Shown here: positions 1 to 7,909 of the stretch, piece after piece
How positions within the stretch are numbered: position 1 is the first letter of the stretch
Layout: each line of letters begins with the position of its first letter
From: Promethearchaeota archaeon
GTDB lineage: Archaea; Asgardarchaeota; Hermodarchaeia; Hermodarchaeales; Hermodarchaeaceae
Assembly: GCA_048939625.1 (NCBI GenBank)
Contig: JBHLPH010000023.1
Span: forward strand, 1-26,843
Length of the DNA stretch: 26,843 bases
Reading direction: 5' to 3'
Translations under genes and position numbers: made by a program
The notes under the pieces: generated by a model
The model's input: only the letters and a program-made list of their open reading frames with translations
The model's database searches: none
Told to the model about the DNA's origin: nothing

Positions 1-491
1 AGCACGAGTGTATAGCCATATCGGTACGGAATGCGAAGCGAGGTGAGAGCTGCAGCAAATCGACTCGGATCTGTGCATGCTACGAACAGCGCACTAGCGA
101 GGACGATATTGATGAGTCGGAAGGCAAGGTTGATTGCATTTGCTATTCCTGCAATAGTTATAGGAAAAAATGGACCAAAGCCAGGGGCTAGTTGAGGTAT
201 TAGATGGAAGAGGATGATACCATAAGGTGTGAAGAGAATTTGAACCAAAGCAATTAACAGAATGAATGTCAGAAGTCGTCGAAGCCGACTAAACGCATAT
301 CGAAAGCTAATCCCTGAACCAACATACGCAAGGAGTATGAAGCCAAAGATACACAGGGATACAATATCAGAGACTAAGGTTACTGTTAGTATAACAAGTA
401 AAATCAGTATAAGGAATTTTGTTAACGGATTGAGTCGATGAACAAACGACTTTCGCTGTAGATACCCGAAAGACGAGGTTCGCATTTTCAC
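1..491 (-). CDS. ecfT: ECF transporter transmembrane T component (EcfT/CbiQ family), 3'-truncated by the window edge
   Basis: Not in the ORF track. Manual translation gives (VK)MRTSSFGYLQRKSFVHRLNPLTKFLILILL...LFVACTDPSRFAAALTSLRIPYRYGYTLVL, with the typical EcfT 'S.lH.LnP..K' start and 'T.P..f..aL..L.IP' segment. It lies directly downstream of the double-ABC gene. Start is GTG 491 (GAGGAGGT upstream) or ATG 485. Confidence 0.9.
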   Translation of the reverse strand, partial: MKMRTSSFGYLQRKSFVHRLNPLTKFLILILLVILTVTLVSDIVSLCIFGFILLAYVGSGISFRYAFSRLRRLLTFILLIALVQILFTPYGIILFHLIPQLAPGFGPFFPITIAGIANAINLAFRLINIVLASALFVACTDPSRFAAALTSLRIPYRYGYTLV

Positions 492-492
492 T

Positions 493-2079
493 TTAAGATA
501 CCTCCTCTGTGATTTGCGATTCCGGCCAATCAGCTGTGGCTTCGACTTGCGCAATGTATTCTAGACCTTGTTTTATTGGAGCATCAAGTAGAAGGCGCCC
601 TTCGAAGAGGAAAAGAAGGCGGTGACAATATTGCTTAGCAATTGCGGTATCATGGGTTGCCAGGAGAACAGCAGTTCCTTGAGCTACTTCTTTCCGAACA
701 ACTGTCATCAGATTATGGACATTTCGATAGTCTTGCCCGATGAAAGGTTCATCGAGCAATAGAAGCTTTGGCTGATGAAGGAGGATAGAGGCAATCGTAA
801 GCCGCCGCTGTTCACCAAGACTCAGTGTGTAAGGCGATTGGTCCCGGTATGCATGTAACCCAAAGAGTTTCAGTAGTTCCATTGCACGCTCCTGAGCTAA
901 TTGCGGTTCTGGAAAACCAAGGTGTTTTGAGGCTAGAAGTACCTCCTCCTGTACTGTGGGAGCAAATAATTGGTGAATCGGGTTCTGGAAGACAAAGCCA
1001 ATACTACGAGCTAGTTGTGAAGCTAACTGATTATGAATTGTGTGACCTTGAAGAGATATTGAGCCTGAATCGGGTCTGAGTAATCCCATAATTTGGAGTA
1101 AGAGAGTGGATTTTCCTGAACCATTTGCTCCCATAAGCGCAATAATTTCCCCAGGTGGCACTGAGAATGTTATATTTTGTAAGGCTGGTTTTAGAGCGGA
1201 TTCTTCCTCGATGTGGGGATATGAAAAATTCAGTTGATGGATATGTAACATATCTTGTTCATACTGCGATGAGCTTGTGGTTGGGTCAGAATAGATTGAA
1301 AGATTTAATGCTAAGCCCAATTCCGTCAAGATCGTGGGATGGATCGAAAGTTGATTTGGTGTGTTATCATAACAAATAGAACCTTTGTTCAGCAGGATAA
1401 AACGGGAAGCTAAAGAGAGGAAAGGCTGGATTCGGTGTTCGATAACCAGAATCGTGATTCCTTGTTTGTGCAATGTAGTCATTGCTTTGATGACTTCGCT
1501 TGTGGTTTGTGGATCAAGTCGTGCTGTTGGTTCATCAAAGATTAAGATTGGGGAGCCAAGTCCGAGAAATGATGCGATCACGACTTTTTGTTTTTCTCCT
1601 CCTGAAAGAGTGTGAGTATTGCGTTGGTAGAGATTTTGTGCATTCACTGTCGTGAGTGCCCATTGAAGTTGTGCCTGAATTTGTTTTGGAGGGAATTGGA
1701 AGTTTTCTAGACCAAAGGCGACTTCATTAGTAACTTGAAGAGTAACCAGTTGGCTGTCAGGATCTTGTTGGATGAGACTAATTGAACGAGCTAAATGACG
1801 TATTGAGTGGCTTTGAGTATCATGACCTGCTATGATAATGGAGCCTTCAAAGGTTCCTGGATACTCCGTTGGAATAAATCCGGTGAGACAGCGTGCAAGG
1901 GTGCTTTTTCCACTGCCACTCGGTCCGGCTATAATGATGAATTCACCTGAGTGAACTTCGAAATTAATGTCTTGGAGGGCTGGTTCATCGGATCCTTCAT
2001 AGGCGTAGGTAAGGTTTGATACCTGTATACAGGGAGCAGGTGAAGCGGAGAGAGAGTTAGGAGATGACAAGGCTGACAA
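493..2079 (-). CDS. ecfA: ECF transporter ATP-binding protein, fused EcfA-EcfA' (two ABC domains)
   Basis: Two complete NBDs: GPSGSGKST/LSGGEKQK/IFDEP/EH and GANGSGKST/LSLGEQRR/LLDEP/THD. ECF-type 'QDPDSQL..EVAFGLEN' and 'FQNPIHQLF..TVQEEV' segments are present. The TTG start overlaps the upstream stop. Confidence 0.93.
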   Translation of the reverse strand: MSALSSPNSLSASPAPCIQVSNLTYAYEGSDEPALQDINFEVHSGEFIIIAGPSGSGKSTLARCLTGFIPTEYPGTFEGSIIIAGHDTQSHSIRHLARSISLIQQDPDSQLVTLQVTNEVAFGLENFQFPPKQIQAQLQWALTTVNAQNLYQRNTHTLSGGEKQKVVIASFLGLGSPILIFDEPTARLDPQTTSEVIKAMTTLHKQGITILVIEHRIQPFLSLASRFILLNKGSICYDNTPNQLSIHPTILTELGLALNLSIYSDPTTSSSQYEQDMLHIHQLNFSYPHIEEESALKPALQNITFSVPPGEIIALMGANGSGKSTLLLQIMGLLRPDSGSISLQGHTIHNQLASQLARSIGFVFQNPIHQLFAPTVQEEVLLASKHLGFPEPQLAQERAMELLKLFGLHAYRDQSPYTLSLGEQRRLTIASILLHQPKLLLLDEPFIGQDYRNVHNLMTVVRKEVAQGTAVLLATHDTAIAKQYCHRLLFLFEGRLLLDAPIKQGLEYIAQVEATADWPESQITEEVS

Positions 2080-3112
2080 CCTTTTCTACCCAATACCATC
2101 CGGGAAAATTCTTCGCCACAAGCCGGAGTCCATCCTCAACTACTAGGATAATTTCTTCATCGTTCAATATATCATCGAGGGAAAACGTCGCACTATATCC
2201 ATCTGAAGCTAGTACCTGAAGGGTGTTGGAGGAATTATAAGGCTGAGCATCGGCGAGAATTAAAGCGAGTGGGATTCCGGTGTAATTCTGAGGGGGAAGT
2301 TGGGTTACAGAACCGATGAGTTGAGCTTCGAAGGTAACCTCTTGATCAACGTATGCAAAGTACGAAAATCGAAATGGTTGTGCCACTTGTCCAACAACAT
2401 CACAACTTAGAGGATCAATAGCAGGGCGCCATACAAATACAGCATAAAGGCTAACACCGAATGTAATTACAATGAGAAAAATAAGAGCAGAAAGCCTATA
2501 CGGTCCAAGACGTTGCCAAATTGATCCTTTAGTTTTTTCACGAAGCCCATTTATTGAGGAGCGATAGATACTGGATTCTAGCACTAGTTTAGTAGTTGCA
2601 TGACCGAAGTAGCCACTAAAAATGATGCCTGATGAAAATGCAAGTATAAGCAAAAGCGCGAGGAATATCAGAGGTGCCCCAGAAAAGAAGAAGAGCTGAA
2701 AAACAACGACGTTGGAGGCGGAAGCAAATCCTCCTATGATAGCCCACATCGCTAATGAATCTCGTTGACCAATTGCATAGAATCCGACGTCTATTATGAT
2801 TCCTTGAATAAGGCTGACTAAAACAACGATTAGTCCGTGAGCACTTCCAGTGAACAATTCAACAAAGCCTTTTAGGAGGCCTGTGGCAGTTGCTGCTCCT
2901 GTTTTTCGGATAAGTCCCATCGCTAATATAATCCAAAAGACATGGAGGCCACTAAGAAACTGTCCAGCCCCGAATGGGGTTCCGATGGCAGTATTCAAAA
3001 GAAGCCCTAGATAACCAACAAAGGTGCTCAAGGCACCACCAAGCGCACTTAGTACTGCAATAGTAACTAAATCGCGTGTCCCAAAATAATAGGAAAAATG
3101 GTTACTGGCCAT
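2057..3112 (-). CDS. ECF substrate-specific S component (YkoE-like) fused to a C-terminal molybdopterin-binding-oxidoreductase-like (sulfite oxidase fold) domain
   Basis: The N-terminal ~180 aa are hydrophobic with S-component features (TRDLVTIAVLSALGG...LIRKTGAATATGLLKGFVELF.G...QGIIID). One more TM helix follows, then 'VVGQVAQPFRFS...YTGIPLALIL...VLASDGYSATFSL...GLRLV....PG.YWVEKVVSL', which resembles PF00174. RBS GGTGA upstream. Confidence 0.75.
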   Translation of the reverse strand: MASNHFSYYFGTRDLVTIAVLSALGGALSTFVGYLGLLLNTAIGTPFGAGQFLSGLHVFWIILAMGLIRKTGAATATGLLKGFVELFTGSAHGLIVVLVSLIQGIIIDVGFYAIGQRDSLAMWAIIGGFASASNVVVFQLFFFSGAPLIFLALLLILAFSSGIIFSGYFGHATTKLVLESSIYRSSINGLREKTKGSIWQRLGPYRLSALIFLIVITFGVSLYAVFVWRPAIDPLSCDVVGQVAQPFRFSYFAYVDQEVTFEAQLIGSVTQLPPQNYTGIPLALILADAQPYNSSNTLQVLASDGYSATFSLDDILNDEEIILVVEDGLRLVAKNFPGWYWVEKVVSLVIS

Positions 3113-3133
3113 TTTATCACCGTATATAGTTAG

Positions 3134-4732
3134 CTACGGAGGGAAACTATCTCGAATAATTTCAATTGTGCAGACATTTTTTACCCAACGGGCACTCCCA
3201 GACCCTGAATACCAAAGGGGATGTGTGGTTTGACTTGCATCATCATTACTATAACCTCCATCCGGTGCTAGAAAGGCTAGACGTAGCCCATCTACCCATT
3301 GAGGAACTATTACACCGTTGTAGCCATATGCTAGAATGAGATCCCCTTGAATTGCCTTTATCGAGCTGTTGGGATAGAGATTATAATAAGCAAATAATTG
3401 ATGGTATCCATCATTCGCACTCACATTAACAACGTCATCATCATCGATTGTTGTTATTAATTCAAGAATGACTGATAACGCAACACCCAAGTATGTACCA
3501 TTACCCCTCCAATTCCCTGATAATCCTTGATAGGCAGAATAGCCTTCAAGACTATCCATCAAGGCAAGATCCACCAGATACACTGTGTACTCTTCTGTAC
3601 CATCGATAATTTTCAGATACCCATCAATGTATAAATCAGCAAGAACTTCGATTGAAGCCACATTAGAAACCCAACGCGCCCCCGCACTCCCAACAAACCA
3701 AGATATGTGAGTTGTCTGATTGGCATCATCATTGCTATAAGCCCCATCTGGTGTTAGAAAGGCAAGACGCGGTCCCTGACTCCAAGCAGTGGGTAAAGTG
3801 TCATTAAACGAATAAGCTAGTATCAACTCACCTTGCACCGCCGCAAAGGTCGCATTCGGATAAAGGTTGTAATAGGCAAAGTCCTGAGAATAGTCGTCCG
3901 TCGCGTTCACACGAATTATATCGTTAGCATCAACGTTTGTTACTGATTTAATGACGTCTAATAGCGGAACACCCACATATGTGCCATTACCCCCCCAAGT
4001 CCCGGTTTGTTTCTGGTAAGCTGAAAAGCCTTCAAGACTATCCATCAAGGCAAGATCCACCAGATACATCGTGTGCTCTTCAGTACCATCAATTATGGTG
4101 AAGTGTATGGAGCCGCCGATGTAAGTATCTTGAAGCACTTCGATTGAAGCCACATTAGAAACCCAACGCGCCCCCGCACTCCCAACAAACCAAGATATGT
4201 GAGTTGTCTGATTGGCATCATCATTGCTATAAGCCCCATCTGGTGTTAGAAAGGCAAGACGCGGTCCCTGACTCCAAGCAGTGGGTAAAGTGTCATTAAA
4301 CGAATAAGCTAGTATCAACTCACCTTGCACCGCCGCAAAGGTCGCATTCGGATAAAGGTTGTAATGAGCAAAATATTGGGTATACCCATCGGTAGCATTG
4401 ACCCGGATTACATCATTCGAATCTATTCCGCCAACAAGTTCAACGATTGAGGCTAATGTCGTGCCAGCATAGTTTCCTCCACCTCGCCAATTTTCAAATT
4501 GATTCTGATAAGAAGAAATGCCTTCTGTGGAGGGTAAGGTGAGGAGCGTCGAGTAATTGAGATAGAGTGTGGTTTCTCCATTGATTACCTGGATATCAAC
4601 TTCTGCAGCTGGCGGTTGAAACGGGGGCGGTGATGTTAGGACGCTAATTCCAACGATAGCGCTAGCCGCGGCAATAATGGCTACGAGAACAATGACTAAA
4701 CCGTATTTGAGATTCTGATTAGATTCTGACAT
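3134..4732 (-). CDS. Membrane-anchored extracellular protein with three tandem molybdopterin-binding-oxidoreductase-like domains; putative substrate-capture protein of the ECF system
   Basis: N-terminal TM helix plus a Pro-rich linker, then three ~162-164-aa repeats, each with Y.G..L..(I/V), V.A.D(G/D)Y, ILAY..N, G(P/L)RLAFL.PDG and RWV.NV..IE. Many N-X-S/T sequons. First gene of the ECF operon. Confidence 0.7.
   Translation of the reverse strand: MSESNQNLKYGLVIVLVAIIAAASAIVGISVLTSPPPFQPPAAEVDIQVINGETTLYLNYSTLLTLPSTEGISSYQNQFENWRGGGNYAGTTLASIVELVGGIDSNDVIRVNATDGYTQYFAHYNLYPNATFAAVQGELILAYSFNDTLPTAWSQGPRLAFLTPDGAYSNDDANQTTHISWFVGSAGARWVSNVASIEVLQDTYIGGSIHFTIIDGTEEHTMYLVDLALMDSLEGFSAYQKQTGTWGGNGTYVGVPLLDVIKSVTNVDANDIIRVNATDDYSQDFAYYNLYPNATFAAVQGELILAYSFNDTLPTAWSQGPRLAFLTPDGAYSNDDANQTTHISWFVGSAGARWVSNVASIEVLADLYIDGYLKIIDGTEEYTVYLVDLALMDSLEGYSAYQGLSGNWRGNGTYLGVALSVILELITTIDDDDVVNVSANDGYHQLFAYYNLYPNSSIKAIQGDLILAYGYNGVIVPQWVDGLRLAFLAPDGGYSNDDASQTTHPLWYSGSGSARWVKNVCTIEIIRDSFPP
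3645..4365. repeat. Exact 229-bp direct repeat (3645-3873 = 4137-4365, offset 492 bp) inside the triple-domain gene
   Basis: Base-by-base comparison: ACTTCGATTGAAGCCACATTAG...GGATAAAGGTTGTAAT is identical in both copies. A second exact 42-bp repeat lies at 3541-3582 = 4027-4068. Confidence 0.95.
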
Positions 4733-4760
4733 GATTGAAACCCTTTGTACTTAGAGGATA

Positions 4761-4800
4761 GAGCAAAGATATGCACAAATGTGCATATCGTATGTTGCTC
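4761..4800. promoter_or_regulatory. Inverted repeat upstream of the ECF operon (putative operator or 5'-UTR hairpin)
   Basis: GATATGCACA-AA-TGTGCATATC (4768-4789, perfect 10-bp arms) with outer arms GAGCAA/TTGCTC. It lies between a TATA-like CTTAAG (~4813-4818, minus strand) and the ATG at 4732. Confidence 0.55.
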
Positions 4801-4890
4801 AAGCTAGAGTCACTTAAGCATTACGCTTCGATGTTAAGATAAAAGAAAACGAGGGAGGACACTGATATTCAAACAAACGAAATCGCATCG

Positions 4891-5901
4891 TTATCGGTGC
4901 CAAAGTTCATCTCGTCGTTTCTTGTCTAACTGCGGAAGGTCGTGCCAGAAGATGGATTTGTTCTTGATTGGTGCAACTTGTTTGAGTTTGAAGACCGCCA
5001 TAGCTACGATGTTAATGAGAACGATGTTCATGAGAACGAGGGCAAAGCTCAGTCCGGCTACTCCTAACTCGAAGTAAAAGAGCACAACATTGGCATGAGA
5101 TAGTACAAATGCCGCATAAATAAGGTTCATTCCAGCGTTCACTGCAGGAGGCATTAATGATGCTGCGATAGCAACACCTACAAGGCTACCGATATCGCCC
5201 CGAGTCGCAGCGAGAGCCACGCCAGCCCCTGAAGCTGCGGCTACCACAACTCCTAGTGCTAATAGCCACAATGATGCCCGTGCAACCATTTCAGCGGTAG
5301 GCCAAGGCCAAGGCCACCCCGGGATGAGGGTCACGGGAATTAAAACAGCACCCATGATGAGACCCATAATGACTGCAATGAAAATACCTAGGGCTTCGTT
5401 CTTAATACCGGTCATCACAAGTCGTCGATCTTGGATTATTACCCCAAAGCTTAGACCGAGGATTGGACCCATGAGTGGTGCAAGAAGCATGCCTGCAACA
5501 ATGAATACAGGACTGTTAGTTGCCAAGCCTATTGCGGCAATGATACAAGATACGACGAGAAGGGCTAAGAAGTCAAAGGAGAGCCTTGTACCTGAGGCAA
5601 TTTTACTATAGATCTCTTCAACGGAAAGGCGTTCTGTTGGAGCAATACTAACTTGTTCTTCAGTCATTGGTTTGCTCGCTTCAACTGGAAGCACATCAAT
5701 TATGCCATAATGCACTCCGACACCAATGGTTTCCAGATTAGCGAGAATCTTTGAGCTCTTTGATTCAGAGACACGGAAAATAAGCATGAATCCTGGTGCA
5801 GTGTGAATCTTTGCGATGTTACGCACTTGTTCTTTCTCTTCGAGGAATTCCATTACTTGTCCGACTTTTTCTTCGGGGAGCGTTATCTGAAATTGACGCA
5901 T
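4891..5901 (-). CDS. DUF389 / TIGR00341 family membrane protein
   Basis: N-terminal soluble domain followed by 'IAAIGLATNSPVFIVAGMLLAPLMGPILG' and 'LVGVAIAASLMPPAVNAG', the DUF389 signatures. Confidence 0.9.
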   Translation of the reverse strand: MRQFQITLPEEKVGQVMEFLEEKEQVRNIAKIHTAPGFMLIFRVSESKSSKILANLETIGVGVHYGIIDVLPVEASKPMTEEQVSIAPTERLSVEEIYSKIASGTRLSFDFLALLVVSCIIAAIGLATNSPVFIVAGMLLAPLMGPILGLSFGVIIQDRRLVMTGIKNEALGIFIAVIMGLIMGAVLIPVTLIPGWPWPWPTAEMVARASLWLLALGVVVAAASGAGVALAATRGDIGSLVGVAIAASLMPPAVNAGMNLIYAAFVLSHANVVLFYFELGVAGLSFALVLMNIVLINIVAMAVFKLKQVAPIKNKSIFWHDLPQLDKKRRDELWHR

Positions 5902-6094
5902 ATGTATTCCCCCGCTCGATTACGAGCGTTTACCATCCTCAGGGTATCTGCGTATAAGGCTTACGTTTTTGACTAGATATCGAAGCAGTACTATGAAATT
6001 CGGAATGGCAGAACGCTTAATTAGCTGTGACGCAGTATTGCGTTGTATCCGCCACAATTTGAAGATGAAACAATCAACTCAGGGTGTAGATGCC

Positions 6095-7804
6095 GTGAAA
6101 TCCAGAAGTTTGCTCATCAAAAATGGCTTCGTCGTTGATCCCAAAAACGAGATTTACGAAGTTAAGGACATTGCAACCCATGATGGAAAAATTGTCGAGA
6201 CCGTAAGTCCGGAATCCGCAGAAATTATTGATGCGGAGGGACGTATGGTGGTTGCAGGCGGAGTGGAGATTCATGCCCATTTAGCGACACCGAAGGTTGA
6301 TTCTGGGAGAGTTCTTCGTTGTGATCAATCACGGATGGACCCGTATACCTATTCAGATATTTGCCGCGCTGGTGTTTGGGCTAGCGTACCACCCACCTTC
6401 ATGACTGGGTACAAATACTCCCATATGGGCTACACCTTTGTGACGGAAGCGGCGTCCGCAGGTCTCGTGGCTCGTCACACCCATGAAGAGCTAGCTGAAA
6501 TCCAACCCCATGATAAGATCATGTTTCCACTTTTTGGGAACTATCAACTCATAATGGACTATTCCCGTGATAAAGAGTATGATAAGCTCGCAGCCTTTGT
6601 TGCTTGGATGCTTTCAGCAACAAAGGGCTGGGCCATAAAAGCCGTTAATCCGACAGGAGTTTGTGATTGGTCGTGGGGCGGTAATGTTGAGAAGCTTGAT
6701 GAACAGATTGCCTGTTTCGATGTCACCCCCCGAGATGCTATCACCGGATTGTTGGAAGGTGCCGAAAGATTAGTTTTACCCCACTCATTGCATTTGCACG
6801 CCAACATGCTGGGGCGTCCCGGAAATACGGATATCACCATCGAAACCATGGAGCTAGCTAGTAACCGACCTGCAACGAAGCGAGCATCAGGATATAATTT
6901 ACACATGACCCACATCCAATTTCACTCGTATGGCGGAGATAGCTTCGTGACCTTCAAGAGTGGATCTGAACCAATTGCTAAATATTTGCAAGCACACAAG
7001 AATGTGAGTTGCGATCTTGGCCAAGTTGTCTTCGCAGACACCACAACCATGACTGCGGATGGTCCGTGGGAGTGGATTCTCCGTGGAATCTCTGGGAGTC
7101 GATGGGTCAATGATGACATCGAAGTTGAATGTGGGGGTGGCGTAGTTCCCTATGTCTTTAAACGAACCTCCCGTGTGAATGCTGTCCAATGGGCTATTGG
7201 ACTCGAAATCGCCCTCCTGGTCAATGACCCCTGGCGCGTTATTCCGAGCACAGATCACCCAAATGCAGGTACGTTCATTAATTACCCATCAATTGCAGCT
7301 TGGCTGATGAGCAAAAAGGCCCGCGAAGGTGTCTTAGCCACAATTAAGAAGTCCGCACATAAGCGTATGGACCTTCCAGCCATCGACAGGGAATGGACGA
7401 TGAAAGACTATATCACCTCAACCCGAGCGGGACCCGCGCGAATTCTTGGATTACAAAACAAAGGCCAGCTGGGTGTTGGTGCAGATGCCGATATTTCGGT
7501 CTACAATTTGGATCCCAAGGAAGACTATGCCAAACACCCCGAGAAACTCATCCGAGGGCTATCACAGGCGTGGATTACAATCAAAGATGGTTGCATAGTC
7601 CAGAAAGAAGGGAAGATGGTGGCTACTCCAAAGGGCAGTACTCACTGGATTGATGCACAAATCGAGTCAGATTTAGCAAAAGAGGTTGAGAAAGATATTC
7701 GCAACAAATTCATGAGCGCATATACCATTGCCTATGAGAATTATCCTGTATCCAAGCGCTATTTGCATCGTTCAACAGCCGTTAAATTGGAGGCTAGTAG
7801 CTAG
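6095..7804 (+). CDS. fwdA: Formylmethanofuran dehydrogenase subunit A (amidohydrolase)
   Basis: Binuclear metal motifs IHAH, IKAVNP (carboxy-Lys), HLHANMLG, THIQFHSYG and STDHPNAG, plus TTTMTADGP, VPY.F and QWAIGLE. Probable start is GTG 6095 (MKSRSLLIKNG); the ORF track extends to 5969. Confidence 0.95.
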   Translation: MKSRSLLIKNGFVVDPKNEIYEVKDIATHDGKIVETVSPESAEIIDAEGRMVVAGGVEIHAHLATPKVDSGRVLRCDQSRMDPYTYSDICRAGVWASVPPTFMTGYKYSHMGYTFVTEAASAGLVARHTHEELAEIQPHDKIMFPLFGNYQLIMDYSRDKEYDKLAAFVAWMLSATKGWAIKAVNPTGVCDWSWGGNVEKLDEQIACFDVTPRDAITGLLEGAERLVLPHSLHLHANMLGRPGNTDITIETMELASNRPATKRASGYNLHMTHIQFHSYGGDSFVTFKSGSEPIAKYLQAHKNVSCDLGQVVFADTTTMTADGPWEWILRGISGSRWVNDDIEVECGGGVVPYVFKRTSRVNAVQWAIGLEIALLVNDPWRVIPSTDHPNAGTFINYPSIAAWLMSKKAREGVLATIKKSAHKRMDLPAIDREWTMKDYITSTRAGPARILGLQNKGQLGVGADADISVYNLDPKEDYAKHPEKLIRGLSQAWITIKDGCIVQKEGKMVATPKGSTHWIDAQIESDLAKEVEKDIRNKFMSAYTIAYENYPVSKRYLHRSTAVKLEASS

Positions 7805-7909
7805 ATCTGGTAATCAGCTTTTTCCTAAAACTTATAACCCCCGCAAGTATGCTGTGTCTGACTCCAGTATCAATAGTTGGAAGTGGGAGCTGGAGCGAGG
7901 TGTCATTAA

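Noticed and set aside
3645-4365. Repeat pair as a diversity-generating retroelement TR/VR
   Set aside because: The copies are identical with no adenine-specific mismatches, both are in-frame in one gene, and there is no reverse transcriptase in the window.
3134-4732. Active sulfite oxidase / MsrP-type molybdoenzyme
   Set aside because: There is no Cys at the Mo-ligand position in any domain and no Tat signal or MsrQ partner; the context is a transporter operon.
5913-6043. Small hairpins CGCTCG-ATTA-CGAGCG (5913-5928) and ACGCA-GTAT-TGCGT (6030-6043)
   Set aside because: The 5-6-bp stems are expected by chance and have no shared consensus.
5969-6094. N-terminal extension of FwdA
   Set aside because: It covers the divergent promoter region with TATA-like boxes, and FwdA-like sequence begins at LLIKNG.
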